A stretch of DNA of 64,000 nucleotides. Source: an uncultured Candidatus Rokubacteria bacterium (GTDB taxonomy: Bacteria > Methylomirabilota > Methylomirabilia > Rokubacteriales > CSP1-6). The translations under genes and the position numbers were made by a program. Location of the stretch: assembly GCA_963754315.1 (NCBI GenBank), contig CAVWFS010000019.1, positions 224,001 to 288,000 on the forward strand, read 5' to 3'. Below are positions 30,044 through 40,689 of this stretch, piece after piece. Each line of letters starts with the position of its first letter. The first letter of the stretch is position 1. The notes under the pieces were generated by a model. It ran no database searches, was not told the origin of the DNA, and saw only the letters and a program-made list of their open reading frames with translations.

Positions 30044-30982
30044 ATGACATGGACGCGCAAGGACCTCCTGACGATCCGCGCCCTGGACGCGAACGAGATC
30101 ATCCTGCTCGTGGACACCGCCGCCTCCCTCCAGGAAATCGCCGGCCGCGAGATCAAGAAGGTCCCTGCTCTGCGCGGCAAGACCATCGTGAATCTCTTCT
30201 ACGAGGCGTCCACCCGGACGCGAACGTCCTTCGAAATCGCCGGCAAGTGGCTGTCGGCCGACGTCATCAACTTCTCGGCGAGCGGGTCGAGCGCGGCCAA
30301 GGGCGAAAGCCTGCTCGATACCGCCAAGAACATCGCGGCCATGAGCCCGGACGTGGTGGTGGTCCGCCACGCGTCTGCCGGCGCGGCCGAATTGCTGGCG
30401 CGGGAGCTGCCCTGCAGTATCGTCAACGCCGGCGACGGAGCGCACGAGCATCCCACCCAGGCCCTTCTCGACCTCTTGACCATCCGCGAGAAGAAGGGGC
30501 ACTTTGAAGGTCTTCACGTCGCGATCATCGGCGATATCGCTCACAGCCGGGTGGCGCGCTCCAACATCCACGGTATGCGCAAGCTGGGCATGAGCGTCAC
30601 CGTGGCGGGGCCTCCGACCCTGATTCCCCCCTTCGTTCAGGAGCTGGGCGTGAAGGTGTGCTATCGGCTCGAGGACGCCATCCGCGACGTCGACGTGATC
30701 ATGATGCTGCGTCTGCAAGGGGAGCGCATGGCGGGGGGGCTGATTCCTTCCATCCGGGAATACTCGCGTTACTGGGGGCTGACGCTCGCCAAACTGCAAG
30801 CCGAAGCCCGGCCCGACGTACTCATCATGCACCCTGGTCCTGTGAACCGCGGTGTGGAGCTGTCACCCGAGGTCGCGGATGGGCCTTACTCGGTCATCCT
30901 CGACCAGGTCGCCAAGGGGTTGGCCGTGCGCATGGGTGTACTCATCCTGCTCGCCGGGAGCAAGGCCCGAGAGGGCGCATGA
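30044..30982 (+). CDS. pyrB: Aspartate carbamoyltransferase catalytic subunit
   Basis: [19 protein letters not shown] and MHPGPVNRG motifs. Confidence 0.97.
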   Translation: MTWTRKDLLTIRALDANEIILLVDTAASLQEIAGREIKKVPALRGKTIVNLFYEASTRTRTSFEIAGKWLSADVINFSASGSSAAKGESLLDTAKNIAAMSPDVVVVRHASAGAAELLARELPCSIVNAGDGAHEHPTQALLDLLTIREKKGHFEGLHVAIIGDIAHSRVARSNIHGMRKLGMSVTVAGPPTLIPPFVQELGVKVCYRLEDAIRDVDVIMMLRLQGERMAGGLIPSIREYSRYWGLTLAKLQAEARPDVLIMHPGPVNRGVELSPEVADGPYSVILDQVAKGLAVRMGVLILLAGSKAREGA

Positions 30983-32253
30983 ACCTGCTTATCAGGAACG
31001 GTCGCGTGCTCGATCCCGCCAACGGCGTCGATGCCGTCCAGGATGTGCTGATCCGGAATGGACTGGTGGAGCGGGTTGGCCCGCGCCTGGCTGCTCCCCC
31101 TGACATCGCCACGGTGGACGCCACGGCCAAGGTGGTGTGTCCAGGCTTCATCGACATTCATGTGCACCTGCGCGAGCCAGGCTTCGAGTACAAGGAGACC
31201 GTGGCCACCGGTACGCGGGCGGCGGCGGCCGGAGGGTTCACCACCGTCTGTTGCATGGCCAACACCTTCCCGGTGAACGACAATCGGTCGATCACCGACT
31301 ACATCCTGGCCAAGGCGAAGGCCGAAGGGGTGGTGCGTGTTCGTACCATCGGCGCCGTCACGCGAGGCCTCAAAGGCGAGGATCTCGCCGAGCTGGCAGA
31401 GCTGGCCGAGGCCGGCTGCGTGGCCTTCTCGGACGACGGCCAATGCGTCATGAACGCGGCGCTATATCGCCATGCCATGGAGTACACCCTGCCGTTCGGT
31501 CTTCCCGTGATCAGCCACGCGGAAGACCACAATCTCTCCCAGGGCGCTTCGATGAACGAGGGGGTCGTCTCCATGGAACTTGGGTTGCCCGGGACGCCGG
31601 CCGCGGCCGAGGACACCATGGTGGCCCGTGACATTCTCCTGGCCGAGTTGACCGGCGCCCACGTCCACATCGCCCATCTCTCGACAGCAGGCGCGGTTCG
31701 ACTGGTTCGCGAGGCTAAGGCCCGCGGAATCCGAGTCACGGCCGAGGTGACCCCGCACCATCTCGTCCTCACCGAAGAGGCGGTCCGTCACTTCGACCCC
31801 AACACCAAGATGAACCCGCCCTTGCGCACCAAGCGGGATACCGAAGCGCTCTTGGAGGCGCTGGCCGACGGCACGATCGACTGCATCGCCACCGACCACG
31901 CGCCCCACGCCACCTCCGAAAAGGAGGGCGAGTTCGACGGCGCGCCGGCGGGAATCGTGGGGCTGGAGACCGCGATTCCGGTCTTACTCGATAGGCTGGT
32001 CCGTCCTGGTGTGCTGTCGCTTGCGACATTGGTGTCGCGCTTCACTGCCGATCCCGCTCGGCTGCTTGGCCTGGGCGGGGGCACCCTGAGCATGGGCGCA
32101 CCCGGCGATGTCACCATCCTCGACCTCGACCGGGAACTCACCGTCGACCCTGGGCAGTTTCATTCACGTAGCCGCAACACGCCCTTCAGGGGCTGGGTGC
32201 TACGCGGGGGGCCGGCCGGCACCGTTGTGGGCGGCGTGGTGGTAGGGCCGTGA
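30979..32253 (+). CDS. pyrC: Dihydroorotase
   Basis: [15 protein letters not shown] and ATDHAPH motifs; ATG 30979. Confidence 0.96.
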   Translation: MNLLIRNGRVLDPANGVDAVQDVLIRNGLVERVGPRLAAPPDIATVDATAKVVCPGFIDIHVHLREPGFEYKETVATGTRAAAAGGFTTVCCMANTFPVNDNRSITDYILAKAKAEGVVRVRTIGAVTRGLKGEDLAELAELAEAGCVAFSDDGQCVMNAALYRHAMEYTLPFGLPVISHAEDHNLSQGASMNEGVVSMELGLPGTPAAAEDTMVARDILLAELTGAHVHIAHLSTAGAVRLVREAKARGIRVTAEVTPHHLVLTEEAVRHFDPNTKMNPPLRTKRDTEALLEALADGTIDCIATDHAPHATSEKEGEFDGAPAGIVGLETAIPVLLDRLVRPGVLSLATLVSRFTADPARLLGLGGGTLSMGAPGDVTILDLDRELTVDPGQFHSRSRNTPFRGWVLRGGPAGTVVGGVVVGP

Positions 32254-33395
32254 ACGTGGCCCGGCTCGTCCTGCGCGATGGCCGTGTTTTCCGAGGCTAT
32301 GCTCTGGGCGCGGAGGGAGAGGCCAGCGGAGAGGTGATCTTCAACACGGCCATGACGGGCTATCAAGAGATCCTGACCGACCCTTCCTACCGGGGCCAGA
32401 TCGTGGCGATGACCTATCCGATGATCGGGAACTACGGCCTCAACGACGAAGACGTCGAGTCTCGGCGGCCATGGGTCAACGGGTTCGTGGTCAAGGAGGC
32501 CAGCCGGTGGCCGTCGAGCTTCCGCTCGCGCATGAGCCTGGACACCTACATGAAGTCACACGGCATCGTCGGGATCCAGGGAATCGACACGCGCGCCCTC
32601 ACTCGCCACCTTCGTGATCACGGCGCCCAGGATGGGATCATCACCTCGGGTGAGGACGACCTCGATCGCCTGCGCGCCCGGGCTCGGGACCTCCCTGGCT
32701 TGATCGGACGCGACCTGGTGGCCGAGGTCAGCGTGGACCGCCCTTTCACGTGGCGTGAGGGCCCGTGGGATCTGCAGCGGGGCTACATCAGCCCTCCCTC
32801 GTCGCGCTTCCGCGTGGTGGCCTTCGATTCGGGGGTCAAGCTCAACATCCTGCGCCAGCTGGCGGCGGTCGGCTGCCAGGTCACCGTGGTGCCCGCCGCC
32901 GCCTCTGCCGACGAGGTTCTGGCCTACGAGCCCCACGGCGTGTTTCTCTCCAATGGTCCCGGCGACCCGGAGGCGGTCCCCTATCTGATCGACACCGTGC
33001 GCTCACTCCTGGGACGCGTCCCGATCTTCGGGATCTGCCTCGGGCACCAGATCCTGGGGCTGGCGGCCGGGGGGCGCACGTACAAGCTCCCGTTCGGCCA
33101 TCACGGGGCCAACCATCCCGTGAAGGACCTCGCCTCCGGACGGGTCGAGATCACCTCGCAGAACCACGGCTTTGCCGTGGACTCCGGATCTGTGGCCGCC
33201 AGCGGCTGGGAGGTGTCGCATGTGAACCTCAACGACGACACCTGTGAAGGGTTGGCTCACCGCGAGCTGCGGGTGTTCTCCGTCCAGTACCACCCCGAGG
33301 CCTCACCGGGGCCTCACGATGCCAATTACCTGTTCCGTCGCTTCACGCAGCTGATGCACGAGGGAGGCGCAGACCCCATATGCCGAAGTACCTGA
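32250..33395 (+). CDS. carA: Carbamoyl-phosphate synthase small subunit
   Basis: GYQEILTDPSY, LSNGPGDP, GICLGHQ and QYHPEASPGP motifs. Confidence 0.97.
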   Translation: MNVARLVLRDGRVFRGYALGAEGEASGEVIFNTAMTGYQEILTDPSYRGQIVAMTYPMIGNYGLNDEDVESRRPWVNGFVVKEASRWPSSFRSRMSLDTYMKSHGIVGIQGIDTRALTRHLRDHGAQDGIITSGEDDLDRLRARARDLPGLIGRDLVAEVSVDRPFTWREGPWDLQRGYISPPSSRFRVVAFDSGVKLNILRQLAAVGCQVTVVPAAASADEVLAYEPHGVFLSNGPGDPEAVPYLIDTVRSLLGRVPIFGICLGHQILGLAAGGRTYKLPFGHHGANHPVKDLASGRVEITSQNHGFAVDSGSVAASGWEVSHVNLNDDTCEGLAHRELRVFSVQYHPEASPGPHDANYLFRRFTQLMHEGGADPICRST

Positions 33396-33646
33396 TCTCG
33401 TATCGAAAGACCGAAGGTGGCAGCGAGAAGCCCGAGTGGACGTCGTTCACGACCCAGAGCGATGCCTCGCTGGAGGCGCACGGCGTCCGCGAACGGGTGG
33501 ACCGGCGCATGAGTGTCCTCGGTGAGAAGCTGTGGGGCAACGGCGAAGCCGTCTGGATCGGCCCGGGACGGCTCGACGACGTGCTCTACCGGCGTGAGGA
33601 AGCGGCGCCGGAGATTTCCATCGTCTATGGTCTCGTGGAGGAATAG
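33380..33646 (+). CDS. Hypothetical protein (88 aa) between carA and carB
   Basis: GGAGG upstream of the ATG; codon usage like neighbouring genes; fills the carA-carB gap. Confidence 0.75.
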   Translation: MPKYLISYRKTEGGSEKPEWTSFTTQSDASLEAHGVRERVDRRMSVLGEKLWGNGEAVWIGPGRLDDVLYRREEAAPEISIVYGLVEE

Positions 33647-33649
33647 GCG

Positions 33650-36600
33650 CTGCCTCGTCGCACGGATCTCCGCCGCATACTCCTGATCGGCTCCGGCCCG
33701 ATCGTCATCGGTCAAGCCTGTGAGTTCGACTACTCAGGCACCCAGGGGACCAAAGCCCTGCGCGAGGAAGGGTTCGAGGTCGTCCTGATCAATTCCAATC
33801 CGGCCACCATCATGACCGATGGCGAGCTGGCCACGCGGACGTACATCGAGCCGCTCACCCCGGAATTCGTGGCCAAGGTCATCGAGCGCGAGCGACCCCA
33901 GGCCCTCCTGCCCACGTTGGGCGGCCAGACCGCTCTCAACATCGCCGTGGCCCTGGCCGAGGATGGGACCTTGGCCCGCTTCGATGTCGAGCTGATCGGA
34001 GCCAAGCTCCCCGCCATCAAGATGGCCGAGGATCGCGAGCTGTTCAAGGTCGCCATGGAGCGGATCGGTCTCGCCTGTCCCCGCTCGGGCACCGCCCGCA
34101 GCGTGGAGGAGGCGCGCCGTATCGTGTCCGGCGTCGGTTATCCCGTGATCCTGCGCCCCTCGTTCACCCTCGGCGGGAGCGGCGGCTCCATCGCCTACAA
34201 CCCCGACGAACTGGAGGAGGCCGTGCGCTGGGGCCTCCAGATGTCCCCCGCTGGGACCGTGCTGGTCGAGGAGTCAGTGATCGGCTGGAAGGAATTCGAG
34301 CTCGAGGTCATGCGCGATCTCGGGGACAACGTCGTCATCATCTGCTCCATCGAGAACCTCGACCCCATGGGCATCCACACCGGCGATTCCATCACGGTGG
34401 CCCCTGCCCAGACCCTCTCCGACAAGGAATACCAGCTCATGCGCGACGCCGCCGTCGCCATCATCCGGGAGATCGGGGTGGAGACGGGGGGCTCCAACAT
34501 CCAGTTCGCGATCAATCCCGAGGACGGTCGGCTGGTGGTCATCGAGATGAACCCGCGCGTCTCGCGTTCGTCGGCGCTGGCCTCCAAGGCGACCGGATTC
34601 CCCATCGCCAAGATCGCCGCCAAGCTCGCCGTCGGGTATACCCTCGACGAGATCCGCAACGACATCACGCGGGAGACGCCGGCCTGCTTCGAGCCCGTGC
34701 TCGATTACTGCGTGGTGAAAGTCCCACGCTGGGCCTTCGAGAAATTCCCGGAGGCGGATCCCACGCTCACCACCCAGATGAAGTCGGTAGGCGAGGTCAT
34801 GGCCATCGGGCGCACGTTCAAAGAGGCGCTCCAGAAGGCGGTGCGCTCCCTGGAGCAGGATCGGTGGGGGCTCACCCTTGGACGCCCCCTCGCCGATGAC
34901 GATCTACGCCGGCTGTTGAGCGTCCCCACCCCTGACCGCCTGTTCGCCCTCGGCGATGCCTACCGGGCCGGCCTCACCACAGAGGCGATCCACGCGCTCA
35001 CCAGAATCGATCCCTGGTTCCTGGAGAACATCCGCGAGATCGTCGAGTTCGAGACGGAGATCACGAGAGCCTCTCTCAGCGACCCCGCCATTCTTCGTCG
35101 GGCCAAGGAGATGGGTTTCGCCGACCGTCGCATCGCCAGCCTGACCGACTCCAGCGAGCACGCCATCCGGCTCCTGCGCCGCCAGCACGGAATCGTGGCG
35201 ACCTTCAAGACCGTGGACACCTGCGCGGCCGAGTTCGAAGCCTACACACCCTACCTCTATTCCACATACGAAGAGGAGGACGAGGCGCCGCCCACCGCGC
35301 GTTCCAAAGTCATCATCCTCGGCTCGGGTCCGAACCGCATCGGGCAGGGGATCGAATTCGACTACTGCTGCGTGCACGCCGCCTTCGCCCTGCGCGAGCT
35401 CGGGGTCGAAGCGATCATGGTCAACTGCAATCCGGAGACCGTATCGACCGACTACGACACGTCCGACCGGCTCTACTTCGAGCCGCTCACCCTCGAGGAT
35501 GTGCTCAACATCGTCGAGCGCGAACGGCCTCTTGGGGTGATCGTCCAGTTCGGTGGACAGACGCCCCTCAAGCTGGCGGTGCCCCTGCGCGAGGCCGGCG
35601 TGCCGATCCTGGGAACGTCTCCCGATGCCATCGATCGGGCAGAGGACCGCCAGCGCTTCAGCGCTCTGCTCACGGAGCTAGGGCTCCAGCAGGCGGCGGG
35701 GGCAACCGCGCGCTCGCTGGAGGAGGCGCGCGTCATCGCCGCCAGCATCGGCTACCCCGTGCTGGTCCGGCCTTCGTATGTCCTGGGGGGCCGCGCCATG
35801 CGCCTCGTCCACGACGAGGAGGACCTCGCCGACTACATTCGAGAGGCAGTCATGGTTGCCCCCGAGCATCCGATTCTCATCGACAAGTTCCTGGATGACT
35901 CGCTCGAGATCGATGTCGACGCGGTGGCCGACCGGGAGCGGGTCGTGATCGGCGGCGTCATGGAGCACATCGAGAAGGCAGGCATCCACTCTGGCGACGC
36001 CGCCTGCGCGCTTCCTCCCTACTCCCTGGGCGACGACCAGGTGCGCGCTCTGCGCGCGCAGACCAAAGCCCTCGCCCAGGCCCTGGGCGTGGTGGGGTTG
36101 ATCAACGTCCAGTTCGCCATCCGCAACGACACGATTTACGTCCTGGAGGTCAATCCGCGGGCGTCCCGGACGGTGCCCTTCGTCTCCAAGGTCATCGGCA
36201 CGCCTCTGGCCAAGGTGGCGACGCGGGCCATGCTCGGTCACTCCATTGCGGAGGTGGCGGGCCTCGAGGAGCGAGAACTGTCCCATATCGCGGTGAAGGA
36301 GGCGGTCTTCCCCTTCATCAAATTCCCCGGCGTCGACATGGTGCTCGGTCCGGAGATGAAGTCGACGGGGGAAGTCATGGGCATCGACAACGATTTCCGC
36401 AAAGCCTATCTCAAGTCGCAGCTCGCGGCCGACTCGCCCATTCCGGCCTCGGGCAAGGTCTTCATTTCCGTGAGGAATCGGGACAAGCGAGCGCTCATGC
36501 CCCTGGCCAAGCGCCTCGTGGAGATGGGCTTCTCCCTGGTGGCCACCGTCGGGACCGCCCGCGTGCTCGAGCGTCACGGGATGACGGTGGAGCTCATTCA

Positions 36601-36850
36601 CAAGGTCGCCGAGGGTCACCGACCCAACGCCATCGACCTCATGAAGCGAGGCGAGATCGTTCTCGTCTTCAACACGCCCGAGGACGGACGCGCGCGCAGG
36701 GACTCCTACATGATCCGGCGCACCGCCGTCACCCAGCACATCCCGTACTACCTCACCGTGGACGGAGCCCAGGCGGCCATCGGCGCCATCGAGGCTCTCC
36801 TCAAGGGCGAGCAGCAGGTGCGGAGCCTGCAGGAATACCATGGCGCCTGA
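33650..36850 (+). CDS. carB: Carbamoyl-phosphate synthase large subunit (apparent CTG start)
   Basis: The conserved N-terminus [29 protein letters not shown] begins at CTG 33650, upstream of the ORF-track start; two ATP-grasp halves and an MGS domain follow. Confidence 0.97.
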   Translation: MPRRTDLRRILLIGSGPIVIGQACEFDYSGTQGTKALREEGFEVVLINSNPATIMTDGELATRTYIEPLTPEFVAKVIERERPQALLPTLGGQTALNIAVALAEDGTLARFDVELIGAKLPAIKMAEDRELFKVAMERIGLACPRSGTARSVEEARRIVSGVGYPVILRPSFTLGGSGGSIAYNPDELEEAVRWGLQMSPAGTVLVEESVIGWKEFELEVMRDLGDNVVIICSIENLDPMGIHTGDSITVAPAQTLSDKEYQLMRDAAVAIIREIGVETGGSNIQFAINPEDGRLVVIEMNPRVSRSSALASKATGFPIAKIAAKLAVGYTLDEIRNDITRETPACFEPVLDYCVVKVPRWAFEKFPEADPTLTTQMKSVGEVMAIGRTFKEALQKAVRSLEQDRWGLTLGRPLADDDLRRLLSVPTPDRLFALGDAYRAGLTTEAIHALTRIDPWFLENIREIVEFETEITRASLSDPAILRRAKEMGFADRRIASLTDSSEHAIRLLRRQHGIVATFKTVDTCAAEFEAYTPYLYSTYEEEDEAPPTARSKVIILGSGPNRIGQGIEFDYCCVHAAFALRELGVEAIMVNCNPETVSTDYDTSDRLYFEPLTLEDVLNIVERERPLGVIVQFGGQTPLKLAVPLREAGVPILGTSPDAIDRAEDRQRFSALLTELGLQQAAGATARSLEEARVIAASIGYPVLVRPSYVLGGRAMRLVHDEEDLADYIREAVMVAPEHPILIDKFLDDSLEIDVDAVADRERVVIGGVMEHIEKAGIHSGDAACALPPYSLGDDQVRALRAQTKALAQALGVVGLINVQFAIRNDTIYVLEVNPRASRTVPFVSKVIGTPLAKVATRAMLGHSIAEVAGLEERELSHIAVKEAVFPFIKFPGVDMVLGPEMKSTGEVMGIDNDFRKAYLKSQLAADSPIPASGKVFISVRNRDKRALMPLAKRLVEMGFSLVATVGTARVLERHGMTVELIHKVAEGHRPNAIDLMKRGEIVLVFNTPEDGRARRDSYMIRRTAVTQHIPYYLTVDGAQAAIGAIEALLKGEQQVRSLQEYHGA

Positions 36851-37571
36851 GCTGGCGGCGTCCGATCGTCTGCTCGTCGCCCTCGACCTGGAGACCTTGG
36901 CCGAGGCCGAGGTGTGGCTGGACCGCCTTCAGGGTGTCGTGCGCGGCTGCAAGATCGGCTCTCAGCTGTTCACCGCTGCCGGACCGGCGGCCGTCGAGAT
37001 CGCCCGCAAGCGAGGCTTCCGCGTCTTTCTCGATCTGAAGTTCCACGACATCCCCAACACAGTGGCCGGCGCCGTCCGCGAGGCGACGCGGCTCGGTGTC
37101 TTCATGCTGAACGTCCATGTCAGCGGGGGTGCGGCCATGATGCGCGCGGCGGCCGAGGCGGCGAACAAGGCCGCGGCGGACTTCGCGGTCACACGACCAC
37201 TCTGTCTCGGGGTGACTGTCCTCACCAGTCTCGACCAGCGGGCGCTACAGGCCGAGCTCGGGATCACCTCCAGCGTAAGTGGGCATGTCCTGCATCTCGC
37301 CACCCTGTCCCGCGAGGCGGGCCTGGACGGATCCGTCGCCTCCCCCGAGGAGAGCCGCCTCCTGCGCGCGGCTCTCGGCCGGACGTGGATTATCGTGACC
37401 CCGGGCATTCGAGCAGTGGGAGCCGGCGACGATCAGAAACGGACGGCCTCGGCCGCCGACGCCCGGATGGCCGGTGCCGATTACATTGTCGTGGGCCGGC
37501 CCATCACGGCCGCGCACGATCCGGTGGCGGCAGCCAGTCGAATCCTGGACGATCTCGCCCGGCCCGGTTGA
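36840..37571 (+). CDS. pyrF: Orotidine-5'-phosphate decarboxylase
   Basis: [19 protein letters not shown] and VTPGIR motifs. Confidence 0.97.
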   Translation: MAPELAASDRLLVALDLETLAEAEVWLDRLQGVVRGCKIGSQLFTAAGPAAVEIARKRGFRVFLDLKFHDIPNTVAGAVREATRLGVFMLNVHVSGGAAMMRAAAEAANKAAADFAVTRPLCLGVTVLTSLDQRALQAELGITSSVSGHVLHLATLSREAGLDGSVASPEESRLLRAALGRTWIIVTPGIRAVGAGDDQKRTASAADARMAGADYIVVGRPITAAHDPVAAASRILDDLARPG

Positions 37572-37589
37572 TCTCCGCCACCCCAGAGC

Positions 37590-38132
37590 TCAGACCGGTC
37601 TGAGTGGTCGGTGGGGCGGGAGCGGCAATTCCACACGGATGGAGTCGCCGCCGCGCACATCGCCGCCGGCCACGACGATCGCCATCACGCCGGCCTTGCG
37701 GACGAGGTTGCCATGCTCGTCACGCCCCAGGGTGGCCGCCATGAGCCCGGGCTGGATTCGGTCGAGCTGGGCGCAGGGATTGCGCAGGCCGGTAATCTCC
37801 ACCAGCGCCGCATCGCCCAAACGCAGCCGGGTACCGGTCGGTAGCCCCAGCAGATCGATGCCGCGGGTGGTCACATTCTCGCCCATCTGCCCCGCCGACA
37901 CCGCGAAGCCCGCCGCCTGCAGCTCGTCATGCAGTTCGGCGTGGATCAGGTGCACCTGGCGCACGTTGGGTTGGTGCGGGTCGCGCGCAACCCGCGAGCG
38001 ATGCTTGACCGTCTCCCCCTGATGGGCATCGCCCTCCACCCCCAGGCCGGCCAGGAGCCGAATGTGTTCGTGCATCGGCTTGACCAGCGTGTGTTTCGTG
38101 CTCCGGCTCACCGCCGTCACCGTCCCGTCCAT
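37590..38132 (-). CDS. MOSC domain protein
   Basis: GVEGDAH, RQVHLI, GENVTT and TGLRNPC motifs. Confidence 0.9.
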   Translation of the reverse strand: MDGTVTAVSRSTKHTLVKPMHEHIRLLAGLGVEGDAHQGETVKHRSRVARDPHQPNVRQVHLIHAELHDELQAAGFAVSAGQMGENVTTRGIDLLGLPTGTRLRLGDAALVEITGLRNPCAQLDRIQPGLMAATLGRDEHGNLVRKAGVMAIVVAGGDVRGGDSIRVELPLPPHRPLRPV

Positions 38133-38179
38133 CGGTTGGCACTCCCGTCTGGGTGGCACGTGATACGATCTGAGTCGCC

Positions 38180-38848
38180 ATGCCCGTCAAGTTCATCGAT
38201 CGCAAGGAACGCGCCTCCGAGCTGCTCATCGAGATCGACGCGATCCACTTCAACCAGGACGAGCCCTTCATCTTCACTTCGGGCTGGGCCAGTCCCGTCT
38301 ATATCGACTGTCGCAAGCTGATCTCGTTCCCGCGCCAGCGCCGCGAGATCATCCAGCTCGCCGCCGAGGAGATCGATCGTAGCATCGGCCGGGAGCGCAT
38401 GACCTTGGTCGCCGGCGGGGAGACGGCCGGCATTCCTCTCGCAGCGTGGATCGCCGAGTACTTTTTCCTGCCCATGATCTACGTGCGGAAGACCGCCAAG
38501 GGTTTCGGACGCATGAGCCAGATCGAGGGGACCCTCGAGTCCGGCGCCCGCGTCGTGCTCGTCGAGGATCTCACCACCGACGGCAAGAGCAAGATCAACT
38601 TCTGTAACGCGCTCCGGCGGGCGGGCGCGATCGTGGAGCAGGCGGTCGTCATCTTCTACTACGGTGTGTACCCAGACGCCGAGAAGAACCTGCTCGAGGC
38701 GGGCATCACTCTGCATGCACTGACCGACTGGCGGACTACCCTTCACGTGGCTCACGCCTCAGGGTACTTCGACCGGAAGCAGGCGGACGTGGTGCGCGAC
38801 TTCCTCGATTCCCCCGACGCATGGTCGAAGGCCCACGGCGGCGTCTAA
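38180..38848 (+). CDS. pyrE: Orotate phosphoribosyltransferase
   Basis: FTSGWASPVYIDCR, YVRK and LVEDLTTDG motifs. Confidence 0.93.
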   Translation: MPVKFIDRKERASELLIEIDAIHFNQDEPFIFTSGWASPVYIDCRKLISFPRQRREIIQLAAEEIDRSIGRERMTLVAGGETAGIPLAAWIAEYFFLPMIYVRKTAKGFGRMSQIEGTLESGARVVLVEDLTTDGKSKINFCNALRRAGAIVEQAVVIFYYGVYPDAEKNLLEAGITLHALTDWRTTLHVAHASGYFDRKQADVVRDFLDSPDAWSKAHGGV

Positions 38849-38867
38849 CCAGCAGCGAGAGACACGT

Positions 38868-39221
38868 TCAACTGCTGAATAGTCCGTTCTGGGCGAGCAC
38901 GACCACCGCCCAGGCGACCTGAACTCCCACGAACACGGTCAACCCGCGCTCACGCCCGGCGCGAAGGATCGTGTGGTAGTGCCAGATACCCCCTCCCAGA
39001 GCCACCAGTCCGAAGAAGGAACCCGGATAGCTGGCGAGGATCCCGTAGTGCTGAGCGAGGCCGCCCACAAAGCTCCAGAGCACGAATGCTCCGAGCCAAT
39101 GCGCGATGACTGAAATCACGATCGACGCGCGCGAGGTGCGCCCCAGCATGCGCGAGGCAAACACAGTCAGCGCACCCACCGCGAGGACAACAGCGAGGGC
39201 CGAGAAGACCCAGCGCGTCAC
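38868..39221 (-). CDS. Hypothetical 4-TM membrane protein
   Basis: 117-aa ORF with four hydrophobic segments. Confidence 0.75.
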   Translation of the reverse strand: MTRWVFSALAVVLAVGALTVFASRMLGRTSRASIVISVIAHWLGAFVLWSFVGGLAQHYGILASYPGSFFGLVALGGGIWHYHTILRAGRERGLTVFVGVQVAWAVVVLAQNGLFSS

Positions 39222-39349
39222 ACCAACTCACGGTGTTGGTGGTGCCCGCCGGGCCGACAGTTCATTGCGCGGAAACGGCCGGCAGGAGCGATCCCAGTAC
39301 GTTGGGGCGAAACGCCGCGGGGCGCGGTGGACTACCAGGCATGTGGGAA
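39221..39349 (-). ncRNA. Probable structured ncRNA (recalled resemblance to the Acido-Lenti-1 motif)
   Basis: Starts ~6 nt after a perfect sigma70 promoter; segments CCCACAUGCCUGGUAGUCC, GGGAUCGCUCCUGCCGGCCGUUUCC and CAAUGAACUG; the two ends can pair (UGCCUG/CGGGCA). The family name is from memory, not from a search. Confidence 0.55.
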
Positions 39350-39354
39350 GAGGT

Positions 39355-39383
39355 ATTATATGCCGGGCATTGCCGGGTGTCAA
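39355..39383 (-). promoter_or_regulatory. Consensus sigma70 promoter driving the putative ncRNA
   Basis: Minus-strand TTGACA (39383-39378)-17 bp-TATAAT (39360-39355). Confidence 0.85.
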
Positions 39384-39393
39384 TCGCAACACA

Positions 39394-39422
39394 TTGACAA
39401 TGAAGGGAAATCTACATATGCT
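39394..39422 (+). promoter_or_regulatory. Sigma70 promoter of the yicC-remA-gmk operon
   Basis: TTGACA-17 bp-TATGCT. Confidence 0.75.
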
Positions 39423-39454
39423 TCGACGGTGGGGGTGTCCGGGACGAGGCCACG

Positions 39455-40339
39455 ATGATCCGAAGCATGACCAGTTTCGCCCGGGCCGAGGCTAGCGACG
39501 CGAAGGCTGTCGTCGCCGTGGAAGCTCGGTCTGTCAATCACCGCCACCTCGAGATCGCCATCCGGCTTCCCCGCGTCCTGGCCAGCTTCGAGATGGAAGC
39601 TCGTCGCCTGGTTCAGTCCCGCCTTGAGCGTGGACGCGTCGATATCGCGGTCCAGCTGTCCTCGACCGCCACGACATCGCTGCAGCACGTTCGCGTTGAC
39701 CACGGTCTGGCTCGTGTCTGGGTGGGGGAAGCCCGGGCCCTGGGACAGGAGCTGAGTCTCGAGGACGATGTGAGCCTCACCTGGGTCCTGGATCGGCCAG
39801 GGGTAGCGCGCCTCGAGGAGGCCGAAGTCGCCGACCCGGCCCTGGCCTGGCCTACCTTGGCGCAAGCTCTGAACCTTGCCCTCGATGGGCTCGTGGCTCG
39901 CCGAGCTGCCGAGGGCGAGGCACTCGTCGCTGAGCTACGCGCGCTGCATGCCGAGCTAGGGGCGACGGTGGTGCAAATCGCGGAGCGGATCCCGCTCGCG
40001 ATGGCCCGCCGGACGGAACGGCTGCGCGAGCGGATCCGAGCCCTCCTCGCCGATGCCACCCTCGATGAGGGTCGCCTCGCCACCGAGGTGGCTGTGTGGG
40101 CCGAGCGTACCGACATCACAGAGGAGCTGGTGCGGTTGCGCGCCCATCTCGAACAGTTCGCCCTCACCCTCGAAAAGGGCGGACCCGTGGGCCGGTTGTT
40201 TGACTTCCTCATTCAGGAGCTGAACCGCGAGGTCAACACGGTGGGAGCCAAAGCCGACGATCTGGAGGTGTCGCAGGCCGTGATCGCGGCCAAGGGCGTG
40301 CTCGAGAAGCTCCGCGAACAGGTCCAGAACCTCGAGTGA
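39455..40339 (+). CDS. yicC: YicC/YloC family endoribonuclease
   Basis: MIRSMT, RSVNHRHL, DITEELVRL, QELNREVNT and REQVQNLE motifs. Confidence 0.95.
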   Translation: MIRSMTSFARAEASDAKAVVAVEARSVNHRHLEIAIRLPRVLASFEMEARRLVQSRLERGRVDIAVQLSSTATTSLQHVRVDHGLARVWVGEARALGQELSLEDDVSLTWVLDRPGVARLEEAEVADPALAWPTLAQALNLALDGLVARRAAEGEALVAELRALHAELGATVVQIAERIPLAMARRTERLRERIRALLADATLDEGRLATEVAVWAERTDITEELVRLRAHLEQFALTLEKGGPVGRLFDFLIQELNREVNTVGAKADDLEVSQAVIAAKGVLEKLREQVQNLE

Positions 40340-40689
40340 AGGTAAGGGCGGTGACGAACGGGTCGACGACGCGCCTCATCAACGTCGGGCATGGCAACGT
40401 GGTCGTGGCGAATCACGTGGTGGCGATCGTCGCCCTGGACTCGCTCCCGGTGAAGCGGCTCATCGAGAGCGCAAAGGGCAGCAGCAAGCTCGTCGATGCC
40501 ACCAACGGCCGCCGGACGCGAGCGGTGGTGGTAACGACCAGCGACCATCTCATTTTGTCTTCGCTGGAGCCAGCCACCCTCGCCCAGAGACTCGACAGCG
40601 AACGGGACCTCGCCAGCGAGATGAAGCCCCGGGTCCGGCCGGGGGCGGTACCCCGGCGCGAGGCAGGCGCCGCCGCCGCCCAATCGTGA
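40336..40689 (+). CDS. remA: RemA/DUF370 family protein
   Basis: LINVGHGNVV and DATNGRRTRAVV motifs; conserved yicC-remA-gmk position. Confidence 0.9.
   Translation: MKVRAVTNGSTTRLINVGHGNVVVANHVVAIVALDSLPVKRLIESAKGSSKLVDATNGRRTRAVVVTTSDHLILSSLEPATLAQRLDSERDLASEMKPRVRPGAVPRREAGAAAAQS

Noticed and set aside
39240..39320. tRNA or tmRNA suggested by a GGGCACCA 3'-like end on the minus strand
   Set aside because: No T-arm (GTTCRA) or cloverleaf can be formed.
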